Part shown: positions 34,232-48,771 of the stretch, piece by piece
Numbering within the stretch: the stretch's first letter is position 1
Layout of the letters: every line of letters starts with the position of its first letter
DNA from: Eledone cirrhosa
Lineage: Eukaryota
Direction: 5' to 3'
DNA length: 64,000 bases
NCBI GenBank assembly: GCA_964016885.1
Contig: OZ024755.1
Location: 7,564,001 to 7,628,000, forward strand
The notes under the pieces: generated by a model
Seen by the model: only the letters and a program-made list of their open reading frames with translations
Told to the model about the DNA's origin: nothing
Databases searched by the model: none
Translations under genes and position numbers: made by a program

Positions 34232-35372
34232 CATCATCATCATCACCGTTTTACGTCCGTTCTTCCATGCTAGCATGGGTTAGACGTGTTGTCCTGTTGT
34301 GGGCAGTGTCTGGTCGGCTGACCATGCCTTGCTCATACAGGAACTGATTTTGGCTTGATTTCTACAGCTGGATGCCCTTCCTAACACCAACCTCATTTAC
34401 AGTGAGTGCTGGGTGCTTTTTGCCGTGGCACCTCCACGACCACTTTGCAGTGGGAGGGTGTGGGGGCATATTGTCTATATGCTTCAGCTTGTACCCATGA
34501 GAGGTCGGGTACTCTGTATTACTGCGTGACGCCAGAGGTCACGGTCGTGTGTCATCGCCTTTGAGAGGTGTAATTGGGTAAGGTCGGCTTTTATCACCTC
34601 ATGCTAGGTCTTCTTGGGTCTCCCCACTCCGCGGTTTCCATCGACTTCTAGTGCTCTGCACCTTTTTATGCAGCTGTCATCCTTCATACGCATCACATGT
34701 CCATACCAACGCATCCGCCTCTCCTGCACACAACATTTGATTCCTCTTATGCTCAGTCTCTCTCTCAATTCATTTATGCTTTGTCGTTCGCGTATATTAC
34801 TATTACACATCCATCGGAGCATGCAGGCTTCGTTTCTCTCTAATCTACGTAAGTGTTTCACCTTCAGCGCCCAGGTCTAACTACCATGTAACATTGCTGT
34901 TCGGATACACGCATCATACAGTCTGCCTTTCATTTTGAAGGAGAAGCCTTTTGCAGCTAGCAGTGGCAGTAGCTCCCTGAACTTCTTCCATCCCGATCTT
35001 ACCCTAGTCATTGTACTTTCTGAACACCCACCTCCGCTGCTAATTCGGTCACTAGGTAGCAGAAGCTGTCTACTGTTTCTACAGAGCCCTCCCAGAGATT
35101 GGTGGTACTTGTTTCCTGTTTGCTGTCCCAGCACAGCTGCTGCATGTGAAGCCTACATTCTTAATTAAGCTTCCTGAGTTCCCGCTACATCTCTTGTGTA
35201 CCCATTGTTTGCATTTGGGGCAGAGAATGGAGTTCCTACCTACACCTTTCCTACATACTGAGCAAGGCCATTTCCCTGAGGAGATCTGGATTCTGTTTTC
35301 TTAGTCTTTGTCATGTTGACTTTGAGACCCATTCTTTCTAGTCCCTGCTTCCAAGTTTGGAATTTCTTCTCT
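34232..35372 (-). mobile_element. RTE-clade LINE, 5'-truncated and frameshifted, with 7-bp TSD GTAACAT
   Basis: Encodes [56 protein letters not shown] and RGVGRPKKT; (CAT)n tail; TSD at 34225-34231 and 35373-35379. Confidence 0.9.
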
Positions 35373-35441
35373 GTAACATAGAACCATTTACATTCTTAGT
35401 TTCTTCATTTACTTTCTTTGTTCCTTTTCAACACTTCATTA

Positions 35442-35715
35442 ACATTCTTAGTTTCCTCTAATTAAATGTATATATAATTGTTTCTACATTTGGCACAAGG
35501 CCAGCAAATTACCCAGTAGATTACTGGTACTTTATTTTATCGACCCCGTAAGGGTGAAAGGCAAAGTTAACCTCGATCTCAGTTCAATCCCGTCGAGATT
35601 AACTTTACCTTTCATCCTTACGGGGTCGATAAAATAATGTACTGGATAATTGCTGGCCTTGTGCCAAAAGTAGAAAGTATTATATATACATTTAAATAGA
35701 GGAAACTAAGAATGT
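35442..35715. repeat. Palindrome formed by two head-to-head SINE family A 3' halves plus shared flank
   Basis: acattcttagtttcctcta...ttaacctcga at 35443-35576 mirrored by tcgagattaa...tagaggaaactaagaatgt at 35593-35715. Confidence 0.85.
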
Positions 35716-36706
35716 ATATATAATAAAAGACAAAATTGGATGAATTTTATCAAGTTTAATATTCTTTTTATTGATAACGTATGTTCATTTCTTTTTACAG
35801 ATGTCCAGTCTTCAAGTTCATATCCTGTGCTGTCTGCCCTATCAAGTGGGAATGGCGTAGTTTCTGTTAATCAAGAAAGTTTTCATTTTATTTTATTTTG
35901 ACAAAAATGAATAAAGAAAGTTTACATATTATATACGAATTGTGTTCATTTTACTTTAACAAAAATGAATAAAGAAATCAAGTCCACAAGAAACTGAGTA
36001 AGACGTACTAAAAAGAACGTAAGTGTATGAAGTTTCTAAATAAAGAAACTATAAGAAACTAAGAATGTCTTTGAAAATGTCGAAAAAAAAACTATATGAA
36101 ACGGGACGCCATTTTGTTTTTTTTTTTATTTCTCCACTTTAGAGGCATCAGATACTCATGCATGGTTAAAGGCATGGAGCGAGGAACTGATGTCTCTAAA
36201 GTGGAGAAATAAAAAAAAAAATTAACGGGGGGCCCCCTCTGTGATTGAAATTTAAAAAATTATTGAATAGTTGCTTCCCTTACTTTTTACAAAAAGAAGT
36301 AATTAGAAGCCATTTATTAGGTTAATTTTTTTCATTGTCAAAGTAACAACCCAAATCGTATACAATATGTAGAATTTTTTATATTTTTTTCTCGTAAATA
36401 ATCACAACGCGTAAGTAATGTGCAAAGATTCTTTTATTAACAAAATCTTTTTTCATACAATTTGTAAATAATATGTAAACATTTTTTTTATTAACAGACA
36501 CTTCATCACTATTCAGGAAACTTCGACTTGTAAAATCTTTCCCTCAGTGGTTACGGCAAACAACAGAGCAGGTTGACCGAGAAGGCCGGACATCTGTAAA
36601 AAAAATGAAATAAGAAAAACTATGAAAATCATTTACATACGTTGTCAATAAAAAAAATGTTAAACTTCATCAAATTCTTCCAGTTTTGTCTTATATTATG
36701 TACATA
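35712..36706. mobile_element. About 1-kb foldback or non-autonomous DNA element with long imperfect TIRs and an internal hairpin (36120-36220)
   Basis: 35712-35950 mirrors about 36450-36706; internal arms tttatttctccactttagaggcatcag / ctgatgtctctaaagtggagaaataaa. Confidence 0.65.
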
Positions 36707-37424
36707 AATATAAAGATATATAATTAAACAAGGGTGTGAGGACCACATAATGATCTGTCGGTTGTGAAGTTACGGATTTTCATAAACAAAAACCAAATGA
36801 ATATGACCTCGGATTATTTTTTATTGATATATATATAGCGAATCGAATGGTTGGTTGTGTTGTGGCGTTGATTCATTTATTGTGTGTGTGCTCACTTGTA
36901 GATTGTTGAGTGTTGTTGTCACTATTGTGGGAGTGTAGGCTAGAGAAATTCGATGTGCCTGATATGGTGTGGCCAGAGATTGCGTGTGTGCAAGTAAGTA
37001 TCAGTGTTAATTAAGATGATGATGATGATCACGTAGGAAATGAAATATATATATATATACAGTGTGACCAGAGATTGCGGGGGTGTAAGTAAATAACAGT
37101 GTTCATTAAGATGAAATGTATGTTTTTGAAAGTGTCAAAAATAAATGAAATGCGTGTTCATTATCATCATGATATGTTGGTTCCTTGATCACACGGGAAA
37201 TGAAATATATAAAACAAATGACGATATCACAAAGCCGGTATGTTACTAATTTATTAAATATAATTTACACCGAAGTTATATGAAAATACACGAGGAAGAA
37301 AGAAATGAACATCGATGAATCGTGTGACGTTTTTTGTTAAGATGTCTTTCTAAAAGTATTATTAAAGTTGTATTTACTATATTTCTGTTGATGTAAAGAA
37401 CTTCGGTCGAAAGAGAGAGTAGGA

Positions 37425-38800
37425 CCCAAAGGGTCTGTACTTTTTAAATCTGTATTGGTATCCCCCTCCTATGGGAAGAGACGAAGAGGATGTCCCAAGA
37501 TGAACTAGTGCCAGACAAAAAAAATCTATGTTAAACTTTATTTCATTAAATTGTGTGCATCACAAACACATGCATATATATATAGACAAGATCCAATACT
37601 TCATTCGTTTAACGAGTGGGGTAGAGCTCGTCAAATCGAACCGAGGAAACAATGTTTCCATTGCTCTTTTCAATTGCTAATACTATCTGTCTCAAATCTA
37701 GACAAGGAGCAGCGTGAAATAAAGTGTATATATATCTTTTGTAATTACACCAATCTGACGAGCAGATCGATACTGGAGTCGGGTCCATAACTCCTATGGG
37801 TCACCTTCAGCCAATCATCTGTGAAACGCGCGTACCAGGTCGATATGTAATAAATATTTTTCATATGTAAACGAAACTTGCTCGTTTTTTTCTATTATAT
37901 ATATATATATATATATATATACTGAAATATGTAGGGAGGTGTTGTATTATATTAGAAATACATTAACACGGGAGAAGGGTTGCAATAGCTAAACAAAACT
38001 ATCGTTTAATTATGTCTCACGACGTGGGTTTTAAGTCTAATCTGTCTCACACGACTACCAAACGAGAGACATGATAATCCAAAGGGAAATAAAAATACAA
38101 AGTTAGTTGGAATAAAATAAAGATATACTTTACCTTCGTAAAAATGGTAAAAATCCAAGATTTTAACGTTTATTTTTTCTACAGGTTGGAAAGCATGTTT
38201 AAAAGTTAAGCAGAGAGAGAGAGTCCCAAAGGGTCTGTTCCGTGTAAATCTGTATTGGTACCCCACCTCCCAAGATTGTAGATGAAGTGTCTAAATAAGA
38301 AACTATATCTATTTGTCTGTCTGCCTGTCTATCTCACACGACTCCCCCAAATGCGATTCATCAGGTCCTGTATTGACACCCACTCCTGTGAAAAGAGACG
38401 AAGAGGACGAACCAAAGCTTCTGTATTGATACCCCTTCATATGGAAAGAAACGAAGAGGATGTCCCAAGATGAACTGGCAACAGATAATCGACAGGGACC
38501 TGAAACCCGTCAATAAAACAGAAGTTGGAACGATGTATTGATAGATGTAATTGACCATAGTGGTTGCTGGAGCACTTTGGTTGCCTCATGTGTCTCAAGA
38601 TGAGGGAGTTTCTAAGTCTAATCTATCTGTAGGCCTGCCTGTCCGTCAATCTATCTCACATGACTTCCAAGTGAAAGACATGTTAATCAGGTCCTGTATT
38701 GGTACCCACCCCCATGGAAAGAAACGAAGAGGACCTCACAAGATGATCTGGCGCCAGATAATCGACAGAGACCTGAAACCTCTCAAAAAAAGTGTGAACG
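37425..38800 (+). mobile_element. Repeated remnants of an RTE-like 3' end interleaved with other repeats
   Basis: ctgtattggtayccc..atggaaagaracgaagagga..caagatgaactgg at about 37450, 38420 and 38695, encoding GKKRRG.PKM.WRQIIDRDLK. Confidence 0.6.
37750..37855 (+). ncRNA. Minimal type I hammerhead ribozyme motif
   Basis: CTGACGA(37755-37761)-gcagat..atctgt-GAAA(37823-37826)-palindrome CGCGCG-TA; AATAAA at 37849; stem I pairing poor. Confidence 0.65.
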
Positions 38801-38857
38801 ATATATATATATATATAACTACTGTGTTATAATGTATATATACACTCTACTATAATG

Positions 38858-38898
<41 letters not shown>

Positions 38899-38937
38899 TA
38901 TTATAATGTATATATAAACTGTACTATAATATATACA

Positions 38938-39065
38938 GGAGTTGCGATCGGTAGATAATATCAGCAATAGAAAGACCAATAGAAACATTGTTTCCTCGGT
39001 CCAATTTGACGAGCTCCACCCCACTCGACAAGTGAATGAGGTCCGGGCTCTTGTTGATCGATCAG
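38938..39065 (+). mobile_element. 3' part of a SINE family B variant
   Basis: Reverse-complement match to 43430-43520 and 37590-37690. Confidence 0.65.
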
Positions 39066-39344
39066 AGAAAGACATACAATTGAATTACGTCTGTAGATCA
39101 TTATATTTTGGGGAAATGCTGTGCATTATAATAAATATTGCCTGTACAGGTAATGAAAGTATGTATACATTTTTCTGGGACATCACGTATATATATGTAT
39201 ATATATGCAGAGTAATCACAAAAACACTCACTGCAAAGAGTCCGGAGTTAGCTTTGCCTTTCATCCTTACGGAGTCGATAAAATAAAGGGATAATTGCTG
39301 TCCTTGTGCCAAGAGTAGAAACAATTATTGCATTGATTTTTGCC

Positions 39345-39528
39345 GACCAACAAAAGGGGCAGACATCGAGTGTCTGTGATATAAACCACTACCACATGTG
39401 ATATGAACCAACACCACATGAAACTTTGTTAGTTTATGCAACTGTAGCCACCAATATTGTAAGAATATTCATTTAAGTTTTCATATTATAAGTATTTGAA
39501 ATCAAGGAGTGTTTTTGTGGTCGCCCTG
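39345..39528. mobile_element. Second copy of the mariner-type MITE; left end disrupted next to a SINE A fragment (39240-39325)
   Basis: Reverse complement of 9505-9660, ending ccctg-TA. Confidence 0.8.
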
Positions 39529-39949
39529 TATATACGTGAGGAGGGGTAGCAATAGCTAAACAAAACTATCGTTTAATTAGTTATTGGTGACATTATGGAG
39601 GGAACTAAATATACAATATTTCAATAAAAGGCTTCAATATAAAATAAAGATTTACTTTACCTTCGTAAAAATGGTAAAAATCCAAGTTTTTAACGTTTAT
39701 TTTTTCTACAGGTTGGAAAATACGCCTAAAGTTTAAGCAGCTATTTTTTTCTGAAATATTTACAACAATCGCGCATGCGTACAAAATTAAACTTCAGTAC
39801 GCATGTGCATAGAAATTTTCAACATGAACGTATCCACACCTATAAAAACCGAAAATAAGTGTAAAATTACACATACATGTACACCAGGTCCGAACACAGA
39901 GGAACCAAACACCCACTGTCATCGCCTTCCCCATCTCTCACTATTATGA

Positions 39950-40645
39950 GCAAACGGGGTCCCACATGCTAGCCATCCCGTGGACAGAATAGAGAAGGAG
40001 TTTCCCTGGAGGATGGTAAGGGAGATGCGCTGGAAGAGCCATTTCATCTCGGGAGGCTCACACATGCGGCTAACAAGTGCTCAACTGCAAACCTGTCGGA
40101 GAGTGACCGATATTTGGAGAGTTTACCCTCCTCAGCTTGAAATGCAGCAGAGCCTGGGTTAGTCGCAGACTGCACCAGGTTGCTATTGTAGATTGTGTCA
40201 CTGCATGTGGCATCCCAGACAAGAGGTTTACCACCAAAGAACAGGAAGATGGGGATGGCGTATAGCCTTTTGCCAGCTCAAGCTAGGAGGGAAAGCCTGC
40301 AGCATCCAAGCGATGCTTGATGACCTCGTTGAGAGCAGCATGGCGTGGCAGGCGACCGGCACTGTAGTGATGGAAAGCGACATTTGTAAGATGGGGTGTT
40401 GCTATCCAAGGTTGTAAAACTTGATGTTGGATATCTCCTCAGCTGCCACTCAGATACAAGTGTCAAGGTCAGCAAGGAGAGATGCGTAAATATAGCAAGG
40501 AGCACTACGAAGTGTGTAGAGGAGCTTCAGCATGGTAAAGCAGTTCCTCAACAGGAAGATGGATGGGCGTCAATCATGCCCAGTCTGCTCGTGAGCTGCT
40601 GGAGCCTAGACCTGATGGTGGAGTGGATGGCCGGTGGGAAGATGA
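39950..40645 (-). mobile_element. Degenerate CRE-like non-LTR retrotransposon C-terminus (restriction-like endonuclease region)
   Basis: Minus-strand peptides GRLPRHAALNEVIKHRLDAAGFPS, GKPLVWDATCSDT, AAFQAEEGKLSKY and WLFQRISLTILQGNSFSIL. Confidence 0.8.
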
Positions 40646-40647
40646 GG

Positions 40648-40730
40648 ACATCATTTTAAGTCGGCTTATCAGTGCTTGCAAGTGTGGGACGGGTCCTCTT
40701 CAGCACAGCATCTGTATAGTCGTCACGGTC
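40648..40730 (-). mobile_element. Short RTE 3' stub
   Basis: Similar to 5165-5240. Confidence 0.7.
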
Positions 40731-40889
40731 GATATATATTATAAATATATATACATTCTATATATATTTAATAAATATTTGCTCTACGGTTCTTATATAT
40801 TTGATATATATTTATCCTTATCGAGCCCTCTTTGGATTTTAGTCTTCAAATTTATTATTATTACTATATATATATATACTATATATATA

Positions 40890-40950
<61 letters not shown>

Positions 40951-40952
<2 letters not shown>

Positions 40953-41633
40953 AAAATGTTTAACTCCGACAGTTATTTCGTTGTTTGTAAAACAGAGGTC
41001 CAGGACATTTTCGCCTCTTGTTGGGAGGAGTATTGCTTGCTCCATGAACAGCCTGTCTCTGTTCTATTGACGTCATTCCAGGGAGGAGGTGGCCCTCAGG
41101 CCATTTGACCTTTGGTAGGTTGAAGTCTCCCAGCAGTAGAATATTGAGACCCTTGTCCAGTTTGTCAAGGACCTCTTCTATCCTACTTAGGCTATCCTCA
41201 AATTTACCCTCATGACTGGGGGCATCGGGCGGCCGATATGTAACACATATTACTGTCTGTAGTTGCTTCATATGTACTATCAGTGTGTCACAGACTGAGT
41301 TTGAATGTGTCAACAGTACAATTGGTGTGACATCTTCACGGATATATAGAGCAACCCCACCATGAGTTCTCTCCATCCTATCCGAACAAAATACAGTATA
41401 TTTCGGTATATGTATTTCTGCATCTGCTATACTGCTTGTCAGGTGCGTTTCGGTTAGTGCCATGCATAATGCTTGGTTGCTTATGGCTAAGTCTCCCAGG
41501 TAGGAAATTTTACTCATGTTACTGAGTTTCACCAGGCCTCTGACATTCAGCAGCAGCACTGGTGTGACTTTCGGGGTGCCAGTAATGGCTGTCGGTATGA
41601 CACCTGGTCTGGTGTCAGCGCCGGCCACTCAAT
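40951..41633 (-). mobile_element. LINE ORF2 apurinic-like endonuclease fragment (CR1-like), flanked by TA arrays
   Basis: [49 protein letters not shown]; one frameshift near 41050. Confidence 0.9.
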
Positions 41634-42355
41634 ATGTATATATAAATACATATACATATATATATATACATATATGTATATATATATAAATATATATATA
41701 TACACATACACATATATATACATATACATATATATACATATACATATATGTATATACATATACATATATACATATATGTATACATATACATATATGTATA
41801 CATATATGTATATATATATACATATATATATATATACATATATATATATACACATATACATATACATATATGTATATATATATAAATATATATATATACA
41901 CATATACATATATGTATATATATATAAATATATATATATACATATACATATACATATATGTATATATATAAATATATATATACATATACATATACATATA
42001 TGTATATATATATAAATATATATATATATACATATACATATATGTATATATATATAAATATATATATATACATATATGTATATATATATAAATATATATA
42101 TATACATATACATATATGTATATATATATAAATATATATATATACATATACATATATGTATATATATATAAATATATATATATACATATACATATATGTA
42201 TATATATATAAATCTCTATATATATATATACATATATGTATATATATATATAAATATATATATACATATACATATATGTATATATATATAATATATATAC
42301 ATATACATATATACATATATTATATATATATATATATATATACATATATATATAC

Positions 42356-42438
<83 letters not shown>
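41634..42438. repeat. TA array with an about 38-bp higher-order unit
   Basis: Unit aaatatatatatatacatatacatatatgtatatatatat repeated. Confidence 0.9.
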
Positions 42439-42443
<5 letters not shown>

Positions 42444-42841
42444 TACATAAATCAAAGTTCTGTTCAAATCATTTATTCGCTTACAATTGTTTCTTCCAAA
42501 CCGAGGTTTGGAGTCATCGGAGCAATTTTTCAATGATTGTTTACATACATGACCTCCTTTTCAACACAAGAGACATACAGAAACATATGTATATATTGAT
42601 GCACAGTGGGTTGACATCCATTATAATATAAACATCCATTTGAATGTAAACTGCCATGCTTAAATATTATAATGTGTGCATCAATATATACATATGTTTC
42701 TGTATGTCCCTTGTGTTGAAAATGAGGTCATGTATGTAAACAATCATTGAAAAATTGCTCCGAAGACTCCAAACCTCGGTTTGGAAGAAACAATTGTAAG
42801 CGAATAAATGATTTGAACAGAACTTTGATTCATGTAATTTC
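42439..42841. mobile_element. Palindromic Penelope-like pLTR pair (about 167-bp arms, about 70-bp spacer); each arm carries a hammerhead motif
   Basis: Plus arm gct-CCGAAGA(42760)-ctccaaacc tc ggtttggaa-GAAA(42787)-CAATTG-TA-agc-g-AATAAA; minus arm has CCGATGA at 42520-42514. Confidence 0.8.
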
Positions 42842-43393
42842 TATATAACTGCTCTGTAGAAAGACTAATGTTGTTACATTGGGCTATTTATCTTACTGGT
42901 AATAAGGTAGTAATAAATTACTGTCTTTCACTGTTTAGTGTTTAATATATATATAACTATAATAGGTTTTAGTATATACATAACCATAAATAGTATCCTT
43001 AATACTATATACATATATATATATATACATATATATACATATATATATATATATATACATATATATACATATATATATATATATACATATATATACATAT
43101 ATATATACATATATATATATATACATATATATATACATATATATATACATATATATATATACATATATATATACATATATATATACATATATATATATAC
43201 ATATATATATATATACATACATATATATACATATATATATACATATATATATACATATATATATACATATATATATACATATATATACATACATATATAT
43301 ACATATATATATACATATATATACACATATATATATATATATATACATATATATACACATATATATATATATATATATACATATATATACATG

Positions 43394-43426
<33 letters not shown>

Positions 43427-43429
43427 CGA

Positions 43430-43648
43430 CAGTCGATCGACTTTCGTCAAATCGGACCGAGGAAACAATGTTTCCATGGGTCTTTCCAATTGCTAATACT
43501 ATCTATCGGTCGCAACTCCAGGTAGAAGGAGCAACGTGAAATAAAGTGTCTTGCTCAAGGACAAAACGAATAGCCCGGCTCGGGAATCGAACTCACGACA
43601 TCACGATTGTGAATCCAATTCTCTAACCACTCAGCCACACGCCTTCAC
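43430..43648 (-). mobile_element. tRNA-derived SINE family B
   Basis: Minus strand ggcgtgtggctgagtggttagag (A-box) and gagttcgattccc (B-box), then ttgagcaagacactttatttcacgttgctcc. Confidence 0.85.
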
Positions 43649-43718
43649 ATATATATATATATATATATGCATATATATGCATATATATGCATATATATAC
43701 ATATATATATATGTAAAC

Positions 43719-44128
<410 letters not shown>

Positions 44129-44166
44129 TGTATATATATATATATTTATATGTATATATATATACA

Positions 44167-44291
<125 letters not shown>

Positions 44292-44296
44292 GTATA

Positions 44297-44343
<47 letters not shown>

Positions 44344-44384
44344 ATATATATATATATATGTATGTATATATATATATATGTATA

Positions 44385-44873
44385 TCTATCTATCTAAGGC
44401 GGGTAAAATTCCCGAGATCCATGGACGAGTTCTCTCCAGCGGTCTCTGTCCCTCATTATCGCTGCCATATCCTGCATCTCCAACAGACCAGTGTCTGTCC
44501 TTAGGGCATCAACATATGTTAACCTTGGTCTTCCTCTTCTAGTGTGTCCATGTAGGGGCTCCCAAAGGAGCACTGAGTGCAATGTCAACTCTGGATGTCG
44601 GTAAGCATGTCCAGCCAACCTCAGTCTTCTCTGTGTCACTTTTGAGCTGACTTTTGGGATGCTCCCATACAGCTCTGAGTTTTTCATCCTCAGTGTATAC
44701 TGATTAATGTTCAGAGCCATCCTCAGCATTCTCGTGTAGCACCCATCCACCATCTGAGTGAGTCTCTTGTCCAAGTCTCAGACCCATACAGCAGCACAGA
44801 CTCCACTACAGCAATGAAGAGGCGGATTTTCAGGTCTCTACGAAGGTCCGACTTCCACACCGACCTCAAGCTG
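44385..44873 (-). mobile_element. RTE-group LINE 3' end, same family, (TAGA)n tail
   Basis: Encodes [43 protein letters not shown]. Confidence 0.85.
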
Positions 44874-45013
44874 TGACACGAAATATATGTATATATGAAA
44901 AGAAATATATGTATATATATATGTTTATATATATGTATATATATATATGTATATATATATATGTATATATATATATGTATATATATATGTATATATATGT
45001 ATATAATAATATA

Positions 45014-45100
<87 letters not shown>

Positions 45101-45214
45101 GTATATATGTATATATATATATATGTATATATATGTATATATGTGTATATATGTATATATGTATATATATATTTGTATATATATGTATATTTATGTGTTT
45201 ATATATGTATATAT

Positions 45215-45917
45215 AGATGTACAGGGAAATTAGACAGTAGAAGTCGCATTGATAGACACATTTTTCAAATGCAGGAGGGCGCTATAGAAGTGGTAGATAG
45301 CTTCCGGTACCTAGGAGATCAGATTAGCATGGGAGGAGGGTCTTCTGAGGCCATAGTATCTAGAATAAGGACGGGTTGGAAGAAGTTTAGGGAGCTGCTT
45401 CCTCTGTTGACGAAGAAGGGTTTCTCCCTGCGTACGAAAGGCTGGTTGTATGATGCCTGAGTGAGGAGCGCGATGCTGCGTGGTAGTGAGACATGGGCAG
45501 CAACTGCAGAGGTTATGCGACGGCTGCAGAGATATGAGGCAAGCATGCTCCGTTGGATGTGCAGTGTGAATGTGCGTGAACGACCCAGCATAAATATGTT
45601 GAGAGAGAAACTGTGTCTGAGAGGGATAGAATGTAGTGTACGGGAGAGGAGACTGAGGTGGTATGGACATGTGATGCGTATGGAGGATGACTGATGGGTG
45701 AAGAAGTGCCAGGAAATGCCAGTTGAAGGAAGACATGGTAGAGGTAGACCATGAAAAACATGGGCGGAGGTGGTGAGAACAGACCTCAGATCATTGAAGC
45801 TCATGGTGGATATGACGAAGGACCGTGACGAGTGGAGAGATGCTGTGCTGAATAAGACCCGTCCCACCCTTGCAAGCAGGGAAAAGCGGACGTAAAATGA
45901 TGATGATGATGATGATG
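45215..45917 (+). mobile_element. RTE-clade LINE, 5'-truncated, with stop codons
   Basis: [36 protein letters not shown]; (ATG)n tail; TA arrays on both sides. Confidence 0.9.
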
Positions 45918-46587
45918 TTTATATATGTATATATATATATATATATGTTTATATATGTATATATATATATGTTTATATATGTTTATATATGTATATATAT
46001 ATATGTTTATATATGTATATATATATATATGTTTATATATGTATATATATGTTTATATATGTATATATATACATTTGTTTATATATGTATATATATATAT
46101 TTGTTTATATATGTATATATATATATGTTTATATTTGTATTTATATGTATATAGATATTTATGTTTATATATGTATTTATATATATATATATGTTTATAT
46201 ATGTATATATATATATATATGTATATATATGTATATATATATATATATGTATGTATATATATATATATATATATATACATATATATACATACATCATCAT
46301 CATCATCATCATCGTTTAACCTCCATGATCCACGCTTGCATGGGTTATATATATATATACATATATCTATATATATAGATATATAGATATATATATAGAG
46401 ATATATATATATAGATATAGATATATATATGTTTATATATGTATTTATATGTATATATATATATATCTATGTTTATATATGTATTTATATATATAGATAT
46501 TTATGTTTATATATGTATTTATATATATAGATATTTATGTTTATATATGTATTTGTATATATAGATATTTATGTTTATATATGTATT

Positions 46588-46625
<38 letters not shown>

Positions 46626-46633
46626 TATATATG

Positions 46634-46664
<31 letters not shown>

Positions 46665-46721
46665 GTATATATATATATATATATATATGTGTATATATAT
46701 GTATATTTATGTTTATATATG

Positions 46722-46766
<45 letters not shown>

Positions 46767-46777
46767 GTATATATATG

Positions 46778-46864
<87 letters not shown>

Positions 46865-47152
46865 ATATATGTATATATATATATATATATGTATATATAT
46901 GTATATATGTATATATATGTGTATATATATATATATGTATGTATATATATATATGTATGTATATATATATAAACATATATATACATACATATATATATAT
47001 ATACATATATCTATATATATAGATATATTTATAGATGTATATATATATATATATATATATATAGATGTATATGTATATATATGTATATGTATATATATAT
47101 ATGTATATGTATATATATATATGTATATGTATATATGCATATGTATATATAT

Positions 47153-47184
<32 letters not shown>

Positions 47185-47206
47185 GCATATGTATATATAC
47201 ATATAC

Positions 47207-47258
<52 letters not shown>

Positions 47259-47306
47259 GTATATGTATATATAGATATCTATGTATATGTATATATATAT
47301 ATCTAT

Positions 47307-47344
<38 letters not shown>

Positions 47345-47399
47345 GTATATATATATATGTATATATATATGTATATATATATGTATATGTATATATATG

Positions 47400-47430
<31 letters not shown>

Positions 47431-47473
47431 GTATATATATATATGTATATATATATATATTTATATATATATG

Positions 47474-47510
<37 letters not shown>

Positions 47511-47815
47511 GTTTATATGTATATTTATATATGTTTATATATGTATATATATGTATATATATATATATGTTTATATATGTATATATATATATATATATAT
47601 ATGTTTATATATGTATATATATATGTGTGTTTATATATGTATATATATATATATGTTTATATATATATATATGTATGTTTATATATGTATATATATATGT
47701 TTATATATGTATATATATATATATGTCTTTCTATATATATATATATGTGTGTTTATATATGTATATATATATGTTTATATATATATATATATGTATATAT
47801 ATATCTTTATATATG

Positions 47816-47868
<53 letters not shown>

Positions 47869-47871
47869 TTA

Positions 47872-47904
<33 letters not shown>

Positions 47905-48036
47905 CTTTATATATACTCTTTTACCCTTTTACCTGTTTCAGCCATCCGGCTGAGGCCATGCTGGGGCACCGCCCTTGTTATATGTATATATATATATATC
48001 TTTATATATGTATATATATATATATATATGTGTGTG

Positions 48037-48087
<51 letters not shown>

Positions 48088-48124
48088 GTATATATAAATA
48101 TATATATATGTATATATATATATG

Positions 48125-48164
<40 letters not shown>

Positions 48165-48166
48165 TA

Positions 48167-48200
<34 letters not shown>
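45918..48200. repeat. TA/TGTTTA array containing small retroelement 3' stubs at 46292-46345 and 47916-47978
   Basis: (cat)n-cgtttaacctccatgatccacgcttgcatggg and ctcttttacccttttacctgtttcagccat islands. Confidence 0.85.
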
Positions 48201-48202
<2 letters not shown>

Positions 48203-48203
<1 letters not shown>

Positions 48204-48510
48204 AACTTTGAATAACTTTGAAATGTTTTGACCAGTATTGGCCCAGGCCATGTCTAACTTAATAGCACCACCTGGCGAAGTCTTTCAATTCAGGATTTGG
48301 GCACCATGGCCCATTCGAGAAGAGAATTACTGTTTGCGGAGACATATCCGGGTGTGGGTGGTTTGTCCGGGATTACTTGGAGGAATTTGTCCAAAGACTT
48401 CTTGAATTTTGTGTGGTCAGTTTCTGTTTTGACGTGTCCTGGTGTGATGTTGAAGAGAGCAGGGCCGATTGAGGTGAAATAATTGTGCCGTATTGTTGTT
48501 ATGAGTTGCG
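48203..48510 (-). mobile_element. CR1-like LINE 3' end, short copy
   Basis: Nearly identical to 48772-49080; tail of TTCAAAGTTA-like units. Confidence 0.9.
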
Positions 48511-48599
48511 ATATATATATATATATGTATACATATATATGTATATATATACACACATATATAATATATATATATGTATACATATATATGTATATATAT

Positions 48600-48677
<78 letters not shown>

Positions 48678-48711
48678 ACATATATATGTATATATATACA
48701 CATATATATAT

Positions 48712-48771
<60 letters not shown>

